This document shows positions 53,280 through 64,000 of a stretch of 64,000 bases of DNA, piece after piece. Position 1 is the stretch's first letter. Every line of letters begins with the position of its first letter. The notes under the pieces are model-generated. The model was given only the letters and a program-made list of their open reading frames with translations, had not been told where the DNA came from and did no database searches. Made by a program: the position numbers and the translations under genes. The stretch lies in NCBI RefSeq assembly GCF_009914755.1, contig NC_060927.1; one strand, 5' to 3'. This DNA is from the human T2T-CHM13v2.0 reference genome, Homo sapiens.

Positions 53280-53908
53280 GTAGACATATTTTCTAATTCC
53301 TTTTATATGACATTCAAGAACAGGCAAAACTAATCAAGGGTGATAGAAATCAGAAGATTGATGAACACTGTCTGAGAAGGGACTTGAAGTAACTTTCTAG
53401 TGTACTAGAAATTTTCTTTAAATCTATTTGTTGATTTTACAGTGTATACAGCTGTATAAATTCACTAAATTGTATGCTTAAAATTAATGCACTGTATTGC
53501 ATGCATGTTAAACCTCAATAAAAAGTAAATAAAACAAAAGATTGAAAACCATTTTCACACCTATTTAAACATTTTCTAAGTGAAACTCAATAGGTCTTGA
53601 ATCTATTAGAAATACATGTTCTGATTCGTTAGTATAGACAACAATTCTGAGAAAGTGAAATTTTACTAGACAAATTATTTTTTAAACTCTTTGTGTAACT
53701 GGTGTACAGATTTGAAAATAAGTATTAATTTGGGAAGCAGAGTCAATACTGTACTTTCTGCACTCACTTCTATATATGTTTATGAAATTTACTTTTCAGC
53801 TATTAAAACCAAGTATCAAAATAAACTAAACCTGAAGAAAATAAAAACACAAGTCACAGGCTAGGATAAAATATTTGCAAAACATATCTGATAAAGGACT
53901 TGTATCCA

Positions 53909-54419
53909 CTATAGTACTCCACAATGGAGTACTATTCAGCCATAAAAAAGAATGAGATCCAGTCATTTGCAACAACATGGATGGAACTGAAGGTCATTGG
54001 GTTAAGTGAAATAAGCCAGGCACAGAAAGGCAAACATCACATTTTCTCACTTATTTGTGTGATCTAAAAATCAGAACAATTGAACTCATGAACATATAGA
54101 GTAGAAGGATGATTACCAGAGGCTAGGAAGAGCAGTGAGGGGTGGGGGTGGGGGAAGGTTGAGGTGGTTAATGAGTACCAAAAAACAGAATAAATAAGAC
54201 CTACTATTTGATAGCACAACAGGGTGACTATAGTCAATAATAATTGTTTATTTTTAAATAAAGTGTGTAATTGGTTTGTTTGTAACTGAAAGGATAAACG
54301 CTTGATGGGATGAATACCCCTTCTCCATGTTGTGCTTATTTCACACCACATGCCTGTATCAAATCATCTCATGTATCCCATAAATATATACACCTACTGT
54401 GTACCCATAAACAATTTTT
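53909..54419 (+). mobile_element. 5'-truncated L1MA (MA2/3-like) 3' end nested in an older L1M (about 53830-54690)
   Basis: TSD TAAAGGAC(T/C)TGTATCCA at 53892-53908 and 54420-54436. Confidence 0.88.
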
Positions 54420-54691
54420 TAAAGGACCTGTATCCAAAGTATACAAAGAATCCTTAAAGCTCAAAAATAAGAAAACAAACCATTCAATTAAAAACGGGCA
54501 AAAGATCTGAACAGATACCTCAACAAAGAAGATATACAGATGGCAAATGAGCACAGGAAAGGATACTTAATATCATATGTCATTAGGGAATTACAAATTA
54601 AAAGAATGAGATACCACCATACACCCATCAGAATGACTAAAATCCAACACACTGATAATATCAAATGCTGGCAAAAAATGTGCAGCAATGG

Positions 54692-55060
54692 TGCTATGAT
54701 TTGAATCTATCCATCCCTCCTCCAGCACAATTCATATATTAGAACCTAAGACCCAATATAATAGTATTAAAAGGCAGGGCCTTTAAGAGGTGATTAAGTC
54801 AGAGTTCTGCCCTCATGAATAGGATTAGGACCCTTATTAAAGGGCTTGAGGGAACTAAGGAGGGCCCTTCTGTTCCCTTCTGCCATTGGGAGGACACAGT
54901 AAGAGGCACCATCTTGGAAGCAGAGAGCAGCCCTCACCAGATAGCAAATCTGCCAGTGCCTTGACCTTGAACTTCTCAGCCTCCAAAACTGAGAAAATAA
55001 ATTTCTGTTCTTCATAAATTACTGTCTTTCGGCTATTTTGTTATAGCAGCAGGAACAGTC
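54692..55060 (+). mobile_element. MST-family (MSTC/D-like) MaLR LTR
   Basis: TGCTATGATTTGAAT...CTGCCCTCATGAATAGGATTA...TATTTTGTTATAGCAGCA. Confidence 0.82.
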
Positions 55061-55298
55061 TCTAGAAAAATAATTTTATTTTTAAAGAAAGAATATCTAA
55101 TGGTGCCGTGACTAAAGCACTCGCTGTTCTGAAGAGAAAGGGAGGTAATTCAGCCCTTGGTGAGGGCACAGGCAGCAAGGGCGCCTCTGCCACTCAGGGC
55201 TGTCTCAGCCACTTTCTAGCCAGGGATCCTGGGCAAGTTTCTGCACCTCACTGGCCTAGTTTTTGTCATGTGTACAGAGAGGGTTTTGAACAAAGTAT

Positions 55299-55371
55299 TT
55301 AGGTTGGTGCAAAGGTAATTGTGTAATTAAAGGCAATGGCAAAAACCGCAATTACATTTGCACCAACTTAA
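55299..55371. mobile_element. MADE1 (Hsmar1-derived MITE), internally rearranged
   Basis: TTAGGTTGGTGCAAAGGTAATTG ... GGCAAAAACCGCAATTACATTTGCACCAACTTAA. Confidence 0.92.
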
Positions 55372-57301
55372 TATTAAGAATACTCCTACTCTAAATATTC
55401 CATGGCTCAAAAAAGATTTGTTGAATGAAATTTAAGGGAACAACCCAAATCAGAACCGTGTCTAACGGGAAAGGAAATCTTCTGCGTATGGTACAGAGTA
55501 AGAGCTATTAGGAGGCAGGAGAAGACAAACTATCATGTCCAGAAATAGTTATGGTGGAAACTGTTCATGGAAGGGGAGGTAAATGACCTACAATTTATTC
55601 AGCTATTTATAGCTAGTAACTAGGAGATACCTAGAGAAGAAGACTGGATTAAATCCAACATTTGGGGCTTATACAGACTAAAGATCATTTTATTGTTTGC
55701 CAATCTCTCATCTATATATCTGTAAGTAGAAAGAGCTGATACCTTACATTTTATTTAAAATGTTAATGCTGGATCACTGCTCTTTGGGGACTCATTTTTA
55801 AGTGTGCAAAATTCTGCAGGCTTTAACAATAAGATGCACATAAAGACATTTGCAATCTAAGTCATCTCTTGACATTTGACTAAAAGTCAAAGCAATGGAC
55901 CACAAGACAAATAGAACACTTCACCCATGAAGGTTGACTATTAGCTTTGTTTCATGATCTGTAAATGAGTTATTAAATGCCTCTATAAAGTTTTATTACT
56001 GTTTTAATCCCAGTAATAACTGTCCTCACTTTAAATGTCCTACTGTTTGCTGAATATGGCAGTAATGTGCTTCAATAATGCTGCCCGACATTAGATTTTT
56101 TTCTCTCTAAAACTAAGGATATAAAAGAGAAGGCGTTAGAGATACTATGCAGCACTGGTTCTATCAGTTAAGGGAAAAAAGAGTGAGCCAGATGTTAGCT
56201 GTCTGTCTTTGTACGGGTATGACCTGCTTGATTCCACATTTCCATCTTTATTTCCTGAGCGTCAGCAGCCTAGACATAAGGGAATAAAAGTGAATGTATG
56301 TTTCAGCACACTATGAAAGCACTTACAGAGAAATCAATTTACATCTTAATAGCTTTCTTTCATTACATTAACTTCTCTGCTTTTCATCTTGGAGACTGCA
56401 GGAATGTTCACAAACATTGGCAAATGTAAGAAAGAATCACAGAATCTTGGAGCTAGAAGGGGCTCTAGAGGCCATAAGCCCACCTCCCACCCCTGCTGGA
56501 ATCGCTCCTCTGTTCAGTCTCCCTTTGAGGCTGCTGGGACATTCACAGTACAGACCATTCACTCACTATGTCCAGATGTTGGCCTCTACAAAATTCAATC
56601 TTCAACCTGTTGGAATGGTCTTTCTTACGTTGAACACAAAGTGGCTGCCCTAGAACTTGCACTAGGACTCAAGGTCCTGCCTTTTGGAGCTTGTCACAGC
56701 AAGCACCTCCTCTGTGCCTCACAGGAGAGGCAGACACATATCTGAAGACATCCCTTGGAGCTCTGACTAGTCACTCCACCTACAAACCAAACATCCTAGC
56801 ATCTTCCACCACTCCCCAGGAGGGGTTCCTACTTGCCTCACTACCGTGGATGCCGAATGATAATCAGTCGCTAATTTCATTTCCAATATTTATTTTTAAA
56901 TCTTCCACTAATAATTAAACTCAACCTTCTTCCTCATACAGAAGAGACATTTGATGTTCCTCAGTTGGGACACCACACAGTTGTCCTCTCCTGAAACACA
57001 GTGTGGTAGGGAATTTGAATTTGAAGCATACATGAACATGTAGGAAAAACAGGGGCAGGAGAATCAAGGTCAATTAATGAAAGCCTTAAACATAAGACAC
57101 AGTGCGCACACGAATAAAAGAAACACTGTGTACATTTTATTCATTTTGCATTGGTAAAATGGGAACTTTAATATATCTTTTACCTGACTCATGTTTGAGA
57201 GGAACTTTTCAGGGTCTTCTGACCCTACAGTTTCAAGGAGTTGCCTCTAAACTGAATTACTATTTTGTAAGTTGCATATGTATCAACTTAAATTTGGTCT
57301 T

Positions 57302-58690
57302 TGTAGCCAAAATAGCTGGCTGTCCACAAAATATTCATGCACTTCTTTCCAAACTGTGGAATAATTACTGGGAAATGTTGCTCAATCAAGCACTACATTA
57401 CCCAAAGTCTCTGCAAGGCTACCTCTCACCAGCAGAATGTGAACAAAAGACACGTGTGTCATTTTCAGCTGGGGTTCATTTTTAACTGCGGTAAAATACA
57501 CATACCATAAAAATGTACCATTTTAACTATTTTTTAAGTATATAATTCAGTGGCATGAAGTACATTCACAGTGTTGTGTAACCATCACCACTATCTCCAG
57601 AACATTTTCATCATCTCACAAAGAAATCTCTGTACCCACTAAACTGTACCTCCCCATTCTCCCTCCCCCCAGCCCCTGGTAACCCCTGTTCTACTTTCAG
57701 TCCCTATAAATTTGATTTTTCTAGGTACCTCACACAAGTAGAATCATAACAATATTTGTTCTTCTGTGTCTGGCTTCTTTCAGTTAATGTAATGTTTTCA
57801 AGGCTCATTGATAATGTATTTTCTATCTCACTTTAATTCCTTTTTATGGCTAAATATTATTTCACTGTATGCATATACTACATGTGGCTTATCTTTTCAT
57901 CTGGTGATGGAGACATGAGTTGTTTCCATCTTTGGCTATTATGAATAATGCTGCAATGCATATTTGTGCAGATTTGTGTATGTGTTTGAGTCCCTGTTTT
58001 TAATTCTTTGGGGAATATTATAAGAGAATTGCTCAATCATATGTAATTCCTTATTTAACGTTCTGAGGAACTACTATACAATTTTCCACAGCGGCTGAAC
58101 CATTTTACATTTCTACCAGCAATGCGCAAGGATTCCACTTTCTCCACATCCTCACCAACATGCTATTTTTCCATTGTTTCAATAATAGTTATACTATACA
58201 CTAGGTGAAGTGATATCTCATTGTGGTTTTGATTTGTATTTCCCTAGTCATTAAAGATATTGATTATTTTTTCAATGCTTAGCAGCCATTTGTATACTGT
58301 CTTTGGAGAAATGTCTATTCAAGATCTTCATCCACTTCTGAACTGGGTTATTTGTTTTTCTCTTGTTGAGTTGTAGGAGTTCTTTATATATTCAGAATAT
58401 TAATTCCTTATCAGATATGTGATTTGCAAATATTTCTTCTAGCTAGGATTATTAAGGAGCTGTGCCTTTTCCACTATTTTATTCTTCTGCCTGATGCAGA
58501 TGATTCTAAGACCCTAGGGAACAAGGGAGCCATGAAATGGAAGAAGCCAGATACCACATGAAAGAAAAACACCCACTGACCAGGAGTGCCACACATTCTA
58601 CTGTTACACTACTGAAAAACCAACTTTTAGTGCTGACACACTAAAATTTTAGTTTCTTTTTCCTACCAGCTAGCATTACTCAACCTAACA
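57302..58690. mobile_element. Old MLT1-type LTR interrupted by a minus-strand L1MB 3' fragment (about 57480-58436)
   Basis: MLT1-like motifs on both sides; the insert has a reverse L1MB 3'UTR (GGTAAAATACACATACCATAAAAATGTACCATTTTAAC). Confidence 0.65.
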
Positions 58691-59566
58691 GTCCTCTGTC
58701 AGTAGGTTCCCGGTCCTTCTGATAGTATGATCTGGGAGGTCATGATTTCCATCTCCCAGGTCTCATCTTCATTAATATATCATATATGGTCTCAGGCCTT
58801 CACTGATTAGACCTTATTTTTTTTTCAATTTTCAAAAACACAACATCATCATTTTGTCTAGACAGATATGTATAGTTCTCAAATTCTTCAATTCCTCTTT
58901 TTGAAAATGAGATATTTCCCACCCTAAACTCTTAGGCACTGTTTCTTTGTAACAATGACTCTAAGATCCTATTTGTGGATTTTTCAGTACTCTGCATAAG
59001 AATCTATTTGGGTTGGTAAAGTTGAACTCATGTAAAACAGGTGATACAGTCTTGAAATCTAATCACTTATCTTGGATTTCTCTTCAATCATTCTCAAGAT
59101 CTGCTTACATGGTCCCATGTGAAGATCACTCAGCTATTTTTTAGTATTTACTTTTAAATACACTAATTCAGTTATTATACATGACAGATTTACATGTAAT
59201 TATCATTTAAGCTTCAACACAAACACATAAAATAGGAATCAATATCCCTGGGGAGATTAAGACCCAAAAGATCTCACCAAATAAGTTGTAGACTCTAGAT
59301 TCAAATGCAGCTATTTCAATTGCCTTGCCATGTTACTTTCTTTCATTCACATGCTAACTTGCCAAATTTTCCTAGACTAATAACTTTTTTGGAAGATAGC
59401 TTCAAAAAAGGATCTTTCCGTAGCTCTTTGTGGTTTTTATAGGATGCACAATTCATTGTATGCTATTCTCTGATACTATCATAAATTTACATGTAGTGTT
59501 ATACGTCCCTCCTTGCTATTTTAAACATGTTTTAAATCTAATATACTGGTTAAATGTTTTTTCTTT

Positions 59567-59884
59567 TTTTTCTTTTTTTTTTTTTTTGAGACCGAGTCTT
59601 ACTCTGTCACCCAGGCAGCAGTGCAGTGGCACAGTCTCAGCTCACTGCAGCCCCTGCCTTCTGGGTTCAAGTAATTCTCTTGCCTCAGCCTCCCAACCTG
59701 TAATCTCATGCAGTTGGGATTACAGGTGCATGACATCACACTCAGCTAATTTTTGTATTTTTAGTAGAGACGGGGTTTCACCATGTTGGCCAGGCTGGTC
59801 TCAAACTCCTGGCCTCAGGTTATCCACCAGCCTCAGCCTCCCAAAGTGCTGGGATTTCAGGCGTGAGCCACCACATGCCTGGCC
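59567..59884 (-). mobile_element. AluS with an internal inverted micro-duplication
   Basis: Reverse dimer with imperfect TSD AAATGTTTTTTCTTT/AAATGTCTTCTTCTTT. Confidence 0.93.
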
Positions 59885-60344
59885 AAATGTCTTCTTCTTT
59901 TACATTAAAAAAACACCTTTTCTGATAATTGAAAATATGGCTTTGATACTTGAGAATATTTTAGACATTAAGAAACCTAGCCAAACACTAGGGAGAAAGC
60001 TTTTGGGATGAGGAGTAATAATACACAGGCCATTCTATCTCAATGAAATATTAAAGAAAGAAAAATGGAAAGTTCTCTTTATTAACATCCTGTTCTCCAT
60101 ATTTCAAAACTAAAGTCAGATGATATGACAGAACTGAAAATGAAACAACTGCTTGAAAGTTTTTAGACCACAAAATTGGTCTGTTAAATCCAAATTATGG
60201 TCTCAGTCTCTGCCAGTGATTTTCATTGTGTTCCAAAGCAAAAGGATCTGCCCCAGGGAACTTGGCCAGCTGTGTGCCAGCTGTGTGTTATCACAAGAGG
60301 AACTGGGTAAGAACTGGTGAAAAAACAGTCAACAGATCAAGGTA

Positions 60345-60652
60345 TTTTTGTTTGTTTTGTTTTTGTTTTTTTGAGACAGAGTCTTGCTCTATCGCCCAGG
60401 CTGGAGTACAGTGGCACGATCTCTGCTCACTGTAACCTCCACCTCCCAGGTTCAAGCGATTCTGCCTCAGCCTCTTGAGTAGCTGAGACTACAGGCATTC
60501 ACCACCACGCCCGACTAATTTTTGCATTTTTAGTAGAGATGGAGTTTCATCATGTTGGCCAGGCTGGTCACGAACTCCTGACCTCAGGTGATCCGCCTGC
60601 CTCAGCCTCCCAAAGTGCTAGGATTACAGGCATGAGCCACTGTGCCCAGCCC
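60345..60652 (-). mobile_element. AluSx-like
   Basis: Reverse dimer; TSD CAGA(T/C)CAAG. Confidence 0.95.
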
Positions 60653-60856
60653 CAGACCAAGTTTTATTCATTTTGGTGGCCCTAAAAGAATCCAGCACAT
60701 AATGTCTTACACATATTAGGTTCTCAATAAAGATACATGGAGAGAAGGAAGACATGAAGCACGTCACTACTAATAAGATCAGAAGTGGGACAACACATAT
60801 GTTACAGGGCATTCTGGGACTGAGATTGTGAGCAGAGTGCATTTCTTCTAGAATCT

Positions 60857-61735
60857 AGAGATGAATGGTCATAATGGTTACACAACAATGTGAATGCACT
60901 TAATGCCACAAAATTGTAACATTAAAAATGGCTAAAATGGTAAATTTTATTTTATATTTTATTACAATAAAAAATAAATACTTGTATAATACATTTTTAT
61001 GGATTTTTTTAAAAACCACATGAGACATTACTTCACACCACTAGAATGGCCACAATTGAAAAGACAGATAATAAGTTTAGGAGAAGGTATGGAGAAACTG
61101 GAGTCCATACACATTGCTGGTGGCAATGTAAAATGATACATCCACTTCAGAAAACAGTCTGGCAGTTCTTCAAAAAAATTAATCATAAAATTACCATATG
61201 ATCCAGCAATTCCACTCCTAGGTATATACCTAAGACAAATGAAAACATATCAACACAAAAACTTGTCCATGAATGTTTATACAGCATTATTCACAACAGC
61301 CAGAAGTGGAAACAACCTATATTCTATCAACTAATGAATGGATAAACAAAATGTAGTATATCCATATAATAAAAAAAAATTATGCAATCAAATGAAATGA
61401 AGTACCAATACATGTTATAATTTGGATGAACCTTGAAAATGTTATGCAAACTGAAAGAAGCTAGCCAAAAAACCCCATGCTGCATGATTCTTTTTCTATG
61501 ATATGTCCAGAATATGCAAATCTATAACGACAAAGTAGCTTAGTGGTTGTCTAGGCAGAGGTGATTTAGGGGGATTGGTGAGTGACTGCTATGAGCAGAG
61601 CTTCTTTCTGAGGTGACAAAAATGTTCTAAAATTTATTGTGTCATGAATACACTAAAAACCACTGAATTATACACTCTAAATGGGTGAACTGTGTGGTAT
61701 GTGATATATATCTCACTATAGCTATTTTTTAAATT
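60857..61735 (+). mobile_element. Old L1MB/MC 3' fragments
   Basis: CCATATGATCCAGCAATTCCACTCCTAGGTATATACC followed by 3'UTR. Confidence 0.82.
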
Positions 61736-61953
61736 AAAGCAGTGGCTGTATGGTAGTGAAAGTACAGAAATGAGTGAGGTCATTTACTAAACTAGTCTCC
61801 CCTTTCGTACTCCTCCACCTTCTTTCTCCCACCTCTTACTCCTTTGAATGGACTTTCAAAGAGATGCCCAGTAGTGACCCTGGAAACAAGTCAATGGCCA
61901 ACTAGGAGTTCAAAAGAAAGTAAAGAGGAAACCAGTCAGCACCACAATCCCTA

Positions 61954-62430
<477 letters not shown>

Positions 62431-64000
62431 CTAAGTCTGAGATAAAGACGGTTAACCAAACTAGGTGAAAGATGAGACTTGAGAGCATTCTGGAAGCTAT
62501 AACAGGGTCCAAATAAATATTTCAGTTCCTAAAATATCTTTTTCTATTATCTGCTGTGATCCAGTCCATACGACTACCCAACTGAGGGAATCTTTGTAAC
62601 TAAGCAGATGAAAGATATGTGAGAGGCATTAACTCTCTCATATTTCTCACATAGCACCTCAGTAAGGCTAAAATCCTCATGCATGGTGAGAAAGGGAAGC
62701 AGGACAGCAAGGAACACTATGACTATTAATCTTTAGCATTACCCGTTCCTAAAGAGTCTAAAACAAGTTTTAATTTCTTAATTGAATAGCAAGAAAAAAA
62801 ATATTTTGATGCACATGCTGAATGCTTTCTGTTTCTCTTCCTGATCGGCTCCCCATCCAACAGCCGACCTGTATGAATGGCATCAATGGACTCTCGTCTT
62901 CTGGTGCAGCCACAGGGAGCCACAGGCAGGAAATCAAAGGTCGGGACAAGAGTGAGGCCTAGTCTCCCTCCCAAAGGGCATAGTTCCTGTAAAACAGCCC
63001 TTTCCAGGCAGCTTTCACTCCAGATCCCATCATCGCTCCCTTACTGTGCCTTGCACATGACTAACTTTTTCTGCAGGAGCATCAAATACTCCTTTCCCTG
63101 TCCTTGATGGCTAATACTCTCACTGGAATATGTCATTTTGTATCTGTATTTCCTAGCATACAATGTGCCCTTTTTATCTGCACATTTATTTATGGAACAT
63201 TGCTTTTCTATTTTTAACTCTTTCACCTGTCTGGTTCCCTTTCACTTCTTCTGTAAAAATACTAATCATGCTTATGATGTAGCTCCTTTGTCAATGACAT
63301 CTCCGTCATTGTCTCTATGCACAGTTTAAATCACTGTTTCATTTCCTGTCATTTTGTGTGACTACCTAAAGCCTATCTGCCACCTCCCTGAGGATGCTTT
63401 CAGTTGTGCTTATTTGGTCTTTTGCAGCTTCTAGTGTGGCTCTCATCTTGGTGATCTATAATGTCCAGTGATATTAACATTCCCTACTTCCATGTCTTCC
63501 TAAGCTCCCCAGTTTGCTCCTTATCTCCTTCTCTGTCTCACACTTCCTTTGTGCTCCTGAACCTCTCATTGAACTCTTTTTTTCTAGAGTGAGTGTGTTT
63601 GCATCTCTTACAGACTATGTATGATTCTTCTTTTTCTCTTGTATTATTTGTCCTTTCTCTGCCTTTTGTATAAGTTTCTTCCCTCCAGTTTTTATGTACA
63701 GGTTCCTTCCTGATTGTTACTCATCTTTGAAAAAGAACAGGTACCTGCTGAAGAAGTGTGGAGAGGGACAGAGCCAGAGGTATGCATAGAATGAGATGGG
63801 GCCTCCATTTGTGCCTGTTACTTAAACACTCAAGAGACCCATGTGGCCACAGCTAAGGCAATTCAGCCATAAGGTCCTGTCTAGTTCTGCCTAATGTGCT
63901 TCCTGAGATCACTTTCTTAAGCTTAAAGGCAAGACCAGAGATGACAGAAATGGTCTATCAGCATGGTCTCTCCTGCAGCACTCAACTTCCCCTGGCTTCC

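Noticed and set aside
56389-57485. ORFs of 118 and 127 aa
   Set aside because: Non-ATG starts, overlap with old repeats, no recognisable domain, antisense to ULK4.
59430-60011. 193-aa ORF and the other [16 protein letters not shown]-type ORFs
   Set aside because: Antisense Alu translations.

Overview
Human genomic DNA; a consensus-like AluYa5 supports human over other primates. It is AT-rich and CpG-poor, with no CpG island or promoter. The only host coding feature is one 167-bp internal exon of ULK4 on the minus strand (705->539). The rest of the window is the large upstream intron, mostly L1, Alu, LTR and DNA-transposon relics; nearly all long ORFs in the track come from these repeats. I see no new multi-gene system. 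The most interesting observations are: (1) a near full-length L1PB1 whose perfect 17-bp target-site duplication (TSD) also encloses about 0.9 kb of extra DNA, an apparent ancient 3' transduction; (2) a twin-primed L1PA3-like insertion with an intact endonuclease plus RT reading frame; (3) an 85-nt hairpin that pairs fully only on the ULK4 sense strand; (4) a phase-compatible candidate alternative last exon with a 145-codon open frame and AATAAA; (5) an AluSc without a TSD that replaces about 0.6 kb of L1; (6) a young AluYa5 inside a MER41-family LTR. Repeat subfamily names are from my recall of consensus sequences and need RepeatMasker/Dfam confirmation. Boundaries of old elements are approximate.
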